Below are positions 39,629 to 51,920 of a DNA stretch of 64,000 nt, one piece after another. Position 1 is the stretch's first letter; every line of letters begins with the position of its first letter. The translations under genes were made by a program, and so were the position numbers. Source of the stretch: Lingula anatina (lineage: Eukaryota; Animalia; Brachiopoda); assembly GCA_051362555.1 (NCBI GenBank), contig CM120643.1, forward strand, positions 2,914,001-2,978,000, read 5' to 3'. Below the pieces are notes generated by a model. That model ran no database searches. It had not been told where the DNA came from and saw only the letters and a list, made by a program, of their open reading frames with translations.

Positions 39629-39727
39629 CGAACATTCAGCATTGTTTTCGCTCGCAAAGTTAGGCAACATCAACACAGAACGGTGAACGCAGACAGGGCA
39701 CTTGCAGATTTAAAGAGAAGAGTACGT

Positions 39728-41005
39728 ATGACCAACACCATCGTCATGTTAAATGAAACTTTGGAGGCTGACTTTGTTCCAGTGAACGGATCAAACGAGA
39801 CCGCTCTCCCCTGTCAACGCATGAGCTGCATCGTCTTTATCACAGTGGAAGCCTTGATATCGCTGGTATCGGTAACGTCTAATTGTTTTGTCATTTTTGC
39901 TTTTTGGAAGTTCAAGTGGCTTCGGTCGAACACTAACATAGCCATTGTAAGCTTAGCACTGGTTGACGTTTTGACCGGTCTGATCAGCATGCCTTACAAT
40001 ATAGTCCTAGGGTATCTCGTCGACATCTTTCCAGCATTGCATCATTTGGCCCTCAACAAGTACTTCTGCCTTGGAAAAATAGCAGCAATGAGTACATGCC
40101 TTGGACTTTCAATGCTCATACAGTCTCTGATTTCTTTTGAAAGATACATGAAGATATGCCAGTATATTCACTATCACAGAGTTTTACCAAAAAAGAGATT
40201 TTATTTGATCACTTTCATGTGCTACTTGTATATAGTCTCTTTCAATTCTATACCCTTCATGGGCTGGAATAACTGGACTCCAGGCGTGGAATGCAGGGCG
40301 GACACCTCTATGTCAGGCTTTCTACGCTTCATTGTGATACCACACATTCCTATTTGTCTGTTGGTTGCTTTAGGATTTTACATCGCAATATTTAGAAAAG
40401 TCAAGGAGAAAAACCAAAAAGTTGGGCAGTATTGCAATGCTTTTCAGCATGCTTTATCGCAAAGGCTTCTAACTGTTAAACCAAAATACCAATCAGCTAG
40501 GAACAGAGTGTCGCCAATGTTTCCGTCAGTTTCTGACCCACCAGCTTCTCCGAACGCGACTAGCCGTCCCGGAGGAATAAATACAGTTTCAAGTGTCGTC
40601 CAGGGACCCAGTGTGGGAGGCGAAAGCGGGGTGCCTGGTCCCAGTGGTTTGGGGTCATTGACAGCAGCTGCGTCTGAGGGCGATCCTTCCACGTCTCATA
40701 TCCGCTCTAACAAGTCAAAAAGGATGAAAATCAAATTACCGACCAGCGACACAGAGGCAAAGCTTGCAAAAATGACTGCAGTTATTCTCGGTAGCTTCTT
40801 TGCTCTGTATTGTCCTTACCCGATAATATTCTGGAGCGAAAAGTACTTTGAGAAGGGAAGTTTGACCTTTGCTGTTCTTCGAAACATTGCCATTGAATTA
40901 GCATCCTTAAGTTCAGCAATTAATCCATTCATATACGGTTTGATGAATTCCAATTTTAGGCGAGCATTTTTCAAAATGTTAAATTTAAAAATTGAAAACA
41001 CCTAA
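39728..41005 (+). CDS. Class A (rhodopsin-like) GPCR copy 1, adenosine/aminergic-receptor-like orphan, 425 aa, single coding exon
   Basis: Seven hydrophobic segments; TM1 SN, TM2 LALVD, TM3 ERY, PFMGWN, TM6 LYCP, TM7 NPFIY, helix 8 FRRAF; N-terminal N-glycosylation sequons. ATG 39728 aligns with the starts of the paralogues; the frame is open upstream to 39590. Confidence 0.93.
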   Translation: MTNTIVMLNETLEADFVPVNGSNETALPCQRMSCIVFITVEALISLVSVTSNCFVIFAFWKFKWLRSNTNIAIVSLALVDVLTGLISMPYNIVLGYLVDIFPALHHLALNKYFCLGKIAAMSTCLGLSMLIQSLISFERYMKICQYIHYHRVLPKKRFYLITFMCYLYIVSFNSIPFMGWNNWTPGVECRADTSMSGFLRFIVIPHIPICLLVALGFYIAIFRKVKEKNQKVGQYCNAFQHALSQRLLTVKPKYQSARNRVSPMFPSVSDPPASPNATSRPGGINTVSSVVQGPSVGGESGVPGPSGLGSLTAAASEGDPSTSHIRSNKSKRMKIKLPTSDTEAKLAKMTAVILGSFFALYCPYPIIFWSEKYFEKGSLTFAVLRNIAIELASLSSAINPFIYGLMNSNFRRAFFKMLNLKIENT

Positions 41006-44000
41006 TGTTTCTATCTCTCCAAACATATGTATAAATTATCTTGCCTAAGGTATAAGGTATTGTGTACAGCTGTAAAGTGAAATTCACAATGGTATACTCA
41101 GTTCAATATTATGACATCTCTTCTTTTTAAAAAAATAAGATATTAAAATATCATCAGAAGAATAGATAAGCAGATTGATATTGATATTATCAATGGAAAC
41201 ATGATGCTGATTTCTTATGAAAATCACTACTAGGCGTCCCTAAGAAGCTGGATATGACAGGAAGTTCACGCTAATAAATTCAACATTCCCGTTCTTTTTG
41301 TGATATGATAGAATGCAGTATGTACACAGATAATATGTATGTGCCAGGGAAATCACATTATTGCCTTTAAACCATAATAAACAGCTGTTACCAGCTTTAA
41401 GACCAGAAAAATTTCTTTACATTTCTACAGATTTGGTGGCAATTTCCATTGACGACGTAATATCCCTGTAACATGAATGTTAAATGGGAATAATTAAATG
41501 AGCTATATCCGATTCAGTGTACTCTTCCCTGATAATATTTATATATAAAGCGAAAAACGACCCATTTTCTCGCGGAAAGCGTGCTCACAAGATCGGCGCC
41601 ATGTTGAAATTTTGATGGCCAGGTCCCATTGTTGTTACCCAGTACAGTGGACGTGCACATTGGTAACCATTTACAGGTACCAATGTCATGTTATTTATAT
41701 GATCTGTAATAAACTGATGTCAATGTGTAACTTAATGTTGTGGTTTTTATGTTAACTATAATTTTTGGACAAATTTTGTACAATTTTCCCAAAATATGTA
41801 TTTCATTTTTATAGTCTAATTCAAATTTGATGAACACGTCAAAATAATTTGAAGAAGCTTTACAATGCTACTTTTCATTTCCTTTTCAATGCCATAACTT
41901 GTTCAGATACTTAAATTTAGCATCATATTGTCAATATGCATGCGTCATTGTCATATATGCGGTTGAATAGCTGAGTTCATCGTTTGGCTCAGCTGTTGCG
42001 CGACATTCTACGAAAACAGGTACCCCTAGTGGGGTACTATCACCTTTTAGAATATAATTAACTTCATATTTTGCCATAAACAAGTACAAGCTGTGCTCTC
42101 TAATGTGTAGTTTTACCACTTGTTTTCAACACGACAGATTGATTTTCATAGATCACATGTGAAGTACCAGCATGTGATTGTTGGATTATTTTCAGGGAAT
42201 TAATTTCATCATGAAATGATAACATGGGTAACAGGTGTCCAATTAAGCAGTGTAAAACTGTCTTACAGTTGTCATGCATCACGCTTCACATTTAGCGGAA
42301 AAATGGACTTATTAAATCCATCTAAACAATGGCTGAGCATGAAGATGTTGTCAAGTAAAAATATTGCACGCTATTTTGTTGTAAATATTGTCTGTCAGAA
42401 GATGATTTAAATTCGTTTACACGAATATGAAGATTTGCAATATTCAAAATGAAACATGAAGGTTTTGGTCCATGTTTCTTTAAAAGTCATTGAAGTGGAT
42501 CGATATTCAAATAATGGCTATTCCTACCTCCCTTACCAAATCCATAAATAATGACAATAATAATTCATAATAACGTTTATTTACAACTAACTGTAGTATA
42601 AGAACAGGTAGATGCCTGGTCTTTCCAAAAGGGTTATCTCCCCCCCCCCCCCCCCCCCCCCCGCATACTTCAAGATACCCTGAGAGCATTCACTTTCATT
42701 AATGTTCGCGACCGTGTTTGAACTCCCTTGTTTAAATACCGATATTAAACGTCAATTACATTACCCCATAAAATAAAAGGGATATATTGAAAAAATATTA
42801 TAGTGCACCAAGAATCTGACAGGTTAAGTTACCTGTTATAACCTGGCTTGGGAAGTTTATTGTTAAGGAGCTCTTGGTCAACTACCATGCATTTTAAACA
42901 TCATCACAAATTAGTAAGCTTGTCAATTGATGACAGTTAATTTGAAAAACTGTCAGTTTTTGATATGATCTAAACCACTTGAGGCGACCATAAGTAAGAA
43001 AGTCATGGAAGACCGTCACAGACAAAGAAAGAAGATTGTCAACGAATGCCAGATCCTTTACTGCTTTTTTTGTGAATCCCACCTCAAAGCACTGGGGCAT
43101 AATGAAAAATGTTCAACAAAACTTTCCTAAACTTCTCTGTCTGTATTTAGCTTGCAGCTCAGCTGAGTCTCAAAGACCTTTATCTTCTTTTTGCCAAGTG
43201 ACCCAGATCTGTTGCTTCATTTTTGCATATTGAGGTGAGGTTAACTAAAACAATTTTTTCTACTAATAGATTGTTTTTATACTTTTTAAATGGTAATGAT
43301 AGATTAAAAGGTATCTCTAGTGAATAGATTGAGAAATGGATTTTTACGCGACCAGAATCCTTTAAAAACATAGACTATCATTATCTCGAGAAATATTTTT
43401 TTCTTCTCATCTTTTATTTATTTTTTATTAAATTATATTTATTTATTTCATTATGAATATCTGTTTCACAATGAAAATAATATGCGATAACAAGAGAGAA
43501 TAATATATTAACGACGATACTTTATTGTTATATACATTATATTACGGAATTGGGTTCTATGTTCAATTTTGGTCCGATTTACACAACCAACAGCGGCAAA
43601 ATTCAATGTTAAAATTTATTGTGCATGAATAGTATCGTTTTCGTGTAATTGTAATGCAGCTAGCCATCTTAATATAGATTTGAGGACATATTTCCAAGGC
43701 AAAAATATAAAAGAAAAGCATTGCTTGGGGTTTCCTTATTTTTAGGTATCTGCATTTGCAATAAAAAACTATGACTAATAATGGGAAATAAACCTACAGT
43801 AAACTAAAACATGCTGTAGAAATACGCATGATATGCATTGGGTATGCATTGGGTATGCAAGAGCTAGAAGATCAATTTTGGCCTGTGAAAAAATTAATTT
43901 TAATTCAAATAAAATAGCCAAGAGCCGTGGTAGCCTTTATTGCGTATTAGATGTCAATACTTAGCTTGTGCATAAAATAAATAATACATACAATGTGGCT

Positions 44001-44603
44001 ATTAATGGTAATTTGGAGGAGGTCTCTGTTTTTTATCCCTATGTAAGTTGCTTGCCGCCGGCTTAACATTTTAATTTTATTTTTAATTTTAATTTTAACA
44101 TTTTAAAAAAGATCTCAAATAGACCTAAAAACTTGCTATTATAGATCAAGAAACCTTCTGATAAGACTAGTGTCTTTTTTCTCAGTACATATGATTTGCA
44201 TTAAGTGAGGCTACATGTAATAATAAGCTTATTTACGATATCAATATTTAAAAAAACATGTTACTTTATTTGTTACTATTATTATTTATTAGTTCTTTCA
44301 CCAGCTACTACGCACATGTTTCGATTATACTACTAGTATTTTATGTAAATTGTTACGGGATTTTAAAAAATGTATTTTGGTTTGGTTGTAACTTTTACTT
44401 TTTAAATATACAAGTCGATGTGTTTTCTGCTAAGTTTCATTCCTCTTTCTTAATTTATTAATTTTCTGTAAATATAATATGCATAAAATTTACAACAGTT
44501 CTTTTTGAAATAACAAGAAACAGGGAGAATTGTTGACTAAGCTCAAAGAAATGATACTTTATTTAATTGTTGACAAAGCAACACAGCAAATGAAATGAAA
44601 ACA

Positions 44604-44731
44604 TTCGAAATATAGCCATTGGATTAGCACCGTTAAGTTAAGCAATTAATCCGTTAATATACGGTTGGATGAATTCCAACTTTAGGCGAGCATTTTTCAA
44701 AATGTTAAACTTAAAAATAGAAAACATCTAA
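44604..44731 (+). pseudogene. GPCR remnant (TM7 to stop), followed by a 3' flank like that of copy 2
   Basis: Matches AINP(L)IYGWMNSNFRRAFFKMLNLKIENI*, with an indel upstream and the 5' part missing. Confidence 0.85.
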
Positions 44732-47651
44732 TCTTCCTTTTTCACCAAACTTGTATATTAATTTTCTGGCCTAATAAGGTATTGTGTACATGTGTAAAGT
44801 AAAATGGATATACTAAGTTAAATATCTTGACATCTCTTCCCAATGTTACAACTAGCATCAGAAGACTGGACAATGAGGTTGATATTGATATTATCAATGA
44901 AAACATGATGTTGACTTCTTATGAAAATGACTACTTTTGGTCACTGTCGGGTTAACACTATGATGCTGAATATGATAAAATGTCCATGCACATAAATTCA
45001 GCAGTTAAAACATTTCATGTATGTAATAAATTGATGATTATCGGTAACTTAATGCTGTGTTTACTATTATGACAAATTTGGTACAATTTCCCCAATATAT
45101 GTATATCATTTTTATATTTTCATTCAATTTTGATTAACAAGTTAAAATAATTTGAAAAAGCTTTTACATTTTGGTTTTTGAATTCCTTTTCAGTGCCATA
45201 ACTTATTCAGAATCTTAAATTTATTATCCGTGGCAATGCTATTGTCAATTTGCATGTGTCATTGTCATATATACAATCAACGGGTTTAGTTCATTGCTCG
45301 ATTCTGCAGTTGCTCAAAGATGTACATGTACTAAGACAGGTTCCCTAAGGGCGGTAATATCACCTACAAGAAGATAATTAACTGAATATTTTGCCATAAT
45401 CAATAGCAATCTGTGTTTTCTAACGCGTAGTTTTACCACTTGTTTTCTGTACAGCAGATTGATTGTCATAGACCACATGTGAAGTACCAGCATGTGCTTT
45501 GCAGGTTATTTGCAGGGAATTAATTTCATCAAGAAATGATAAGATGGAAAATCAGGTGTCCAAGAAAACAGTGTCTTGCAGTTGTCACCACGTCCGGTTG
45601 TCATAATGATCGATAAATGGTTTTATTAAACACCGATTTATTTTGTTGTGTTTTGTTTTGTTTTATGGCTAAAACAACTATGGGTAAAATTTTTGGGCTT
45701 TAAGGAAATGATTGACATAAGGTGTCATTTTGCCTAGGTTGAACGATTTTGAATCCTTGACCCTTAACCATGGCCACATAATTGCATGTGTTAATCAATT
45801 TTGCTGACATTTATTATGTTGAATAATTGCAAAGCATCTCTGTCATAGGAAAAACAAACCAGTGTTATCCGATTGGCTAGTCTTTATCACAATTGAAGGA
45901 AAGTATTATGCAGATAAAAGTGAATTTAGTCATTCGTAGTTGTGACGTGCGTCTTTATCCTCATTTTTGCAACAAACGCAGTGCGGAATCTTTGTATGTC
46001 TCGAGTGGTTTACTTGACAGAGAGTCCGCTTGGGCGTCACTTTTAGCTGTTAATGAATCTGAAAATCACTGTAAATGATTTGAAAATATTCCACTTGTTT
46101 ACCATTTTAAAAATAGGTTTATTACTTTGAAACGGATTTAATAAAATAACCAAGTTTAGACTGAGCCAGGGCAAAATGAACTGCTAGCAGAAATGTGATT
46201 ATTTTTTGATGACATGCAATATCTTAACCTGGGTTTCTAATTGTCCGGGACCGTGCAAATTTGGTAACGAATTGAAATTACAAACAAACTTGATATGCGA
46301 ACGCCGTTGTAAACTTTTGGGTTGGATATATACAAGTTTTAAAAAATACTTCTTCCAAGGTTCATGTTAGAACATCTATACCCAAAATTACTGTGAAGAA
46401 ACCTGATGCAGACAACAATAATCAATTTCAATCATTTAATGCTCGTTCTTTTTGCTTGCTCGTATTCATTCTAATAATCTGCGGGGAATCACACTCTTTA
46501 AGCTCAAACCGAGACAAACAATTTTTTGAATTAAGTTCTTATTAATCATATTAAGAAACAAAACGGATTTACCTTTTTGAACTTTAGGGCCTATATAGCA
46601 TATTGTGAAGCATAATGACCTACAAACAAAGACAATAAGTGGAGTTACTGGAAATGATCATGAATTTTTAAAGCTCCCAACAAGATGTCATGCGTGTCAG
46701 CTTCTTCATTTTAAATCTCAAAATATATATGATATAGAGAAGATGCCACGCATCGGGTTTGAAGCTCAGGCCAGTCAAACTATGCTCAAATCTACACATT
46801 AATATAGCCTCTTTCCTCAAATGTATGCTGTAATCAGAATAAAGATAAAAAACGCAGCAACATATTTGTAGACACGATTTTGAGGTTTCATAATAAAGTA
46901 AAGTAAAAAAGGGATAAAGTGAGAGAATACACGGCGTAATATGTGATTATTGTTTATAGGCCGTTGAACACCCAAACTCAATAAAGAGTTGCATTTCACA
47001 TGCTGAAGTGCCCAAAAATAAAACTGAATGAATTCAAAGTTGCATTCAATTTTTAAAACATATATATGTATAGAACAAAATGTTACCTAAATGGCAACGT
47101 ATGTTCCGGAAAAGTATTGTAAGGAATGTTCCGGGTCATTTAATTTTAATTTTTATACTGACATATTTTGTAGTGATTCAGTCATGGTAAATTAAACATG
47201 ACATAAGGGTGATTTTATAAACATTTAAACTGTAATTCAGAGGCTTTCCGCCATGGCTAATACTAGGTAACGTATGTTCCCCAGAAAAATTGTCAAATAA
47301 TTTCTTTTTTTTTTTCAATTACTTAGTACAAAAAAAGTTTTTTCTGTTGCTGACTGAAAAATATATTGTGATTCCATGATGGTTTGACATTTCTGATATA
47401 ATTGTTGGATCACTGTCAGTAGGGTGAATTTTCCCCGTTTTTTTTTCAATATTCAGTGACAAGCAAACTTAAGTCGCTCAAAAACAATAAACTGCCCTAT
47501 ACCGAAGGTTATTATGATGTTTTACAACGTTATACTTGTAGGAATAAATCAAAGAATAAACATTGATGAACGAATTTTTTTAAGTGAGTAAAACGTTTCA
47601 CAGCTGTACGTTTTGCATTTGGACAGTAACGTATGTTCCTTTTTGGGACAT

Positions 47652-47798
47652 AAGCTGAACGTACTGAAAGCGCCTGTAAATTTGAAGACAAGAATTTGTC
47701 CAACACCACCGTGACGTCGAATGAAACATTGGCGGGTGATGTCATTCCAGTGGACAGACCAATTTGGCCGATGAATTTTAAATTCAGCAATTAAACCA
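47652..47798 (+). pseudogene. GPCR remnant: N-terminal leader joined to a TM7 fragment
   Basis: TTGTCCAACACCACCGTGACGTCGAATGAAACATTGGCGGGTGATGTCATTCCAGTG matches the copy 2/3 start (ATG changed to TTG) and then jumps to TTCAGCAATTAA of TM7. Confidence 0.7.
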
Positions 47799-48804
47799 AC
47801 TGGCTTATTCCTTATAAATCTTTACACTCTAACAAAATAAATATTCCTCAAATAGTCTAATTTTTCCAACTTTTTCAACTTAAGGAAAGCTAGCTGTGTT
47901 CCGTTTTCCGTATTTAAAATCTCTTGCTCACTGACCCAGCTCCTCAACAAATATTTTAATTTTTAAGTTATGAACAGCCAATATAACAACATCAAAAGAG
48001 AATGGAGTCATTTGAAAAAGTTCAGAATTACTATTAGTAAAATTTAAAACGATTTATGTTTATTTTATCTTATGTCAGAAATGTGAGAAATTGGATAATC
48101 AGCGCCATGCTATTCATAAAAATTCTACATTTACAAGTATGATATGTATTTATACTGTTATGCAACTGTTTTTATTAGATCTGTATTATATTCATTACAA
48201 ACTTTCAATGATTTCTCAATATTTCATATTTATACTAACATACCAGTGTGAAATGCTGCTCTTGATTTCCATTTCAAGGCCATACCTTAATGAGGAACCA
48301 CAATTTACCTTCCGTTGTTTCCAAAGCTATTGTCATCATGTCTGTTTCATCGTCAACTAGATGCTGAGGGGTCTGTTTAGTGCTCGACTCTGCTTGACAT
48401 ACTATTTAAACAGATTCCCTGTCGACAAGATAATTAACTGACTGTTTTAATGTAAACAGGAGAAATCTGTGTTCTAGTTGTACATGACGCACTTGTTTTC
48501 AGCACGGCAGATTGACTGGCATAGATCACCTGTGAAGTACCAGCATGAGCTTTTCGGGTAAATTGCAGGGAATTGATTTCATCAAGTAATGATAAAATGG
48601 AAAAACAGGTGTCCAAGAAAACAGTGCCTTGCAATTATCCAAAAGTCCGGCTGTCACATTAATCGATAAATAGTGTTATAAAATGTTATAAAAGACTGAA
48701 AAGTCACATAAACCGATAAATGGTGTTATAAAATGTTAGAAAAAGTTATAAAATGTTATAAAAAGTGTGATTTTTTATTTATTAATTTATTTTTTATGGG
48801 GGGG

Positions 48805-49082
48805 GGGGTGCCTGTTCCCTCTGGTTTGGGGTAATTGGCAGCAGCTGCAAGTCTAAAAGAGGCGACAATCAAATAACTGACAAGCAACTCAGAGGTCAAG
48901 GTAGCTTCTTTGCTCTGTATTGTCCATAATATTCTGGAGCGAAAAATACTTAAGGAAGGGTGCTGTTCTTCGAAACATTGCCGTTGAATTCAGCAATTAA
49001 TCCGTTCATGTACGGTTGGATGAATTTCAATTTTAGGCGAGCATTTTTGAAAATGTTAAACTTAAAAACAGAAAACATCTAA
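48805..49082 (+). pseudogene. GPCR remnant (ICL3 to stop) with multiple deletions
   Basis: Contains GGTAGCTTCTTTGCTCTGTATTGTCC, GCTGTTCTTCGAAACATTGCC and CAGCAATTAATCCGTTCATGTACGGTTGGATGAA; frameshifted. Confidence 0.88.
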
Positions 49083-51920
49083 TGTTCCCTTTTCACAAAA
49101 CATGTACATTAATTTTCTAGTCCAAGGAATTGTGTAGTTCTGTAAACTGAGATGCACAATGATATGCTAAGTTCAATATTATGACATCTCTTCCTAATAT
49201 CACAACTAGCATTAGAAGACTAATAACTGAGGTTGGTGTTATGAAAATGACGACTTGGCGTCACTGTCGGGTTCACCCTATTAAGCTTATTGGATATGAT
49301 AAAATAAATTCAGCAGTTAAAACATTTCCCATCTATAATAAACAGATGTTAATGGGTAATGTTGTGTTTTTTATGTTAACTTTTATTTTTATGACAATTT
49401 CCCCAATATATGCATTTCATTTTTATACTTTCATTCAATTTTGATGAACACGTCAAAATATTTTGAAGAAGCTTTTACATGCTAGTTTTCAATTCCTTTT
49501 CAATGCCATACATGTACCTTGTTCAGATTCTTAAAGTTATTATCCGTGGTAATACTATTGTCAATAAGCATGCGTTATTGTTATAGATGCAATCGAAGGG
49601 CTAAGTTCATCACTCGACTCTGCTGTTGCTCAAAGATGTACTAAAACAGATCCCCCAAGGGCGGTAATATCACCTTTAAGAAGATAATTAACTGAATATT
49701 TTGCCATAATCAATAACAATCTGTGTTCTCTAACGTGTAGTTTTACCACTTGCTTTCTGTACAACAGGCTGATTGTTATGGGTCACATGTGAAATATTAG
49801 CATTTGCTTTTCGAGTTATTTACAGGAAATTAATTTCATCTCGAAATGATAAGATGGGAAACAGATGTCCAAGAAAACAGTGTTTTGTACCTGTCCAAGT
49901 GTCTGGTTGTCTCATCGATAAATGTTTTTTTAAATACTGGTGTATTTCCTATGGTGGTATGGTATGGATAAAATTATTGGGCTTTAAAGAAATGATTGAC
50001 ATAAGGTTTCATTTGGGATAGATTGAAAGATGTTGAATCCTTGACCTTTGAACATGGCCACTTTAAAGTTAATTAAAATTGCGTTTATTAATTTGCTGAC
50101 AATAATTATATTGAATATTTGCCAAACATCTCTGTTGTAAGAAAAACAAACCCGTGTTATCCGATTTTAGCCTTTATCAAAATAAAATGAAAGTAAAATA
50201 TAAACTTATGCCGCTAAAAGTGAATACTTATTCCTAGTTGTGAAGTGCATATTTGTCGTCGTTTTAGCAGCAAACGCATTTCAGTAGCTTTGCACGCCTC
50301 GCTGGTTTATTTGCCTGAGAGCACGCTTGGGCGTCACTTTTATCGTGAAAACTAGAGAAAATGATATGGCAATGTTTCACTAGTTTACCATTGTTAAAAT
50401 CAGCTTTTTATCTTAAAATGAATTTAATAAAATCGCCACATTTACGCAATGTGACTGAGCTACGACAAAACAAATTTGTGAAGCATAATGACCTACAAAC
50501 AAAGACAATAAGTGAAGTTACTGGAAATGATCGTGAATTTTAAAGTTCCTGACAAGATGTCATGCGTGTCAGCTTCTTCCTTTTAAATCTCAAAATATAA
50601 ATAATATAGATAAGATGCCACGCATTGGGTTTGAAGCTCAGGCCAGTCAAACCATACTCAAATCCACACTTTAAAACCACCTCAGTCCTCAAATGTATAC
50701 TGTAATCAGAATTAAGATAAAAAAACACAGTAAAATATTCGTAGACACGGTTTTGAGGTTTTGTAAAAAAGGGATAAAGTTCAAAAGCGAAGAAAGGAGG
50801 TAATACACAGTGTAAGTGAATATTGTTTATAGGCCGTTGAAGTATTTTCCTTACATTCTGACCAACTTGATGCCCTTTTCACGTCGTTTACTTCGTTATA
50901 ACCTAGGAGTTATATTAGTTCTTTTGTGTCGCCAACATAAAAAAAGTAAATAACCTTAAAACACGGGCGAAAATATATAAAATATACGATGGAAAAAAAT
51001 ATAAAATATTCAAACGTTTATAACTACAAATGTACTCCAAACTGCGAGATATCATTAACGCAGGTTTTCCTGTGCGGTAATATCACCTTCGACAAAATAT
51101 TTTTAAAACTGTATATCCAGGAACACTATGTGCCCTCTGGCGTGTAGTCTTGACTGAACAACTTGTTTTCTGCACGACAGATTGATTGTCGTAGATCACA
51201 TGTGAAGTACCAGTTGGATTTTTAGTTAATTTTCCTTTTCTTCAGAACATAAATAAAAAAATGATAACAATGTTCTTAATGCTCTGCTACTGGCTGAATA
51301 TATATTCCTGTATGTAACTAACATTATGAGTACTCTATATGGCAAGACTGTCAGGTGTTATGTGAACCTTGAATAATATTGACCATATTTGTTGTATATA
51401 GTTTTCATAGTAAGTTACATATTTGTTTCAACATATTGAAGTCGTAAGTGCAGTATTCCTTCGGAATAGTGCATCGTTTTCATCATGAGTCTACAAGCGC
51501 TCTAGGAACAATATTTTCTATAAAAAAGAATACAAAAAAGCACCCACATAAATTCAAATTCTATAATAAATTCAAAGTTAAAAGTAAATAAGGGAAAACG
51601 AAGGCGAATACAGCGTGTAGCTATTTCATATTCTATTAAACGGATTATCAGGCTGTTGCTGACGTCACTTCTGAATCGGCTTTGCTTTATCAAAGCCTTA
51701 GATGAAATATCCAGCAACGTGGTAACCGCATGTATTGGAAGCAATCAGGTATTAGGCCCCACAAACTTCTACATAATCAGTGGCCTAATGTGTCGCTCAT
51801 CTCATTTAAAAGTAGCAGTGTCAATTGAACATTCAGCATTGTTTTCGCCGACAAAGTAAGACGACATCAACACAGAACGCTGAACGCACACAAAGCGCTT
51901 GCAGATTTAAAGACGGGAAT

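Noticed and set aside
39590-39727. 46-aa N-terminal extension of GPCR copy 1
   Set aside because: Not conserved in copies 2 and 3, whose starts align with ATG 39728; probably UTR or intron.
40444-41001. Antisense ORFs over the GPCR genes (also 52311-53161 and 57624-58181)
   Set aside because: Shadow frames of the real CDS, repeated only because the genes are duplicated.
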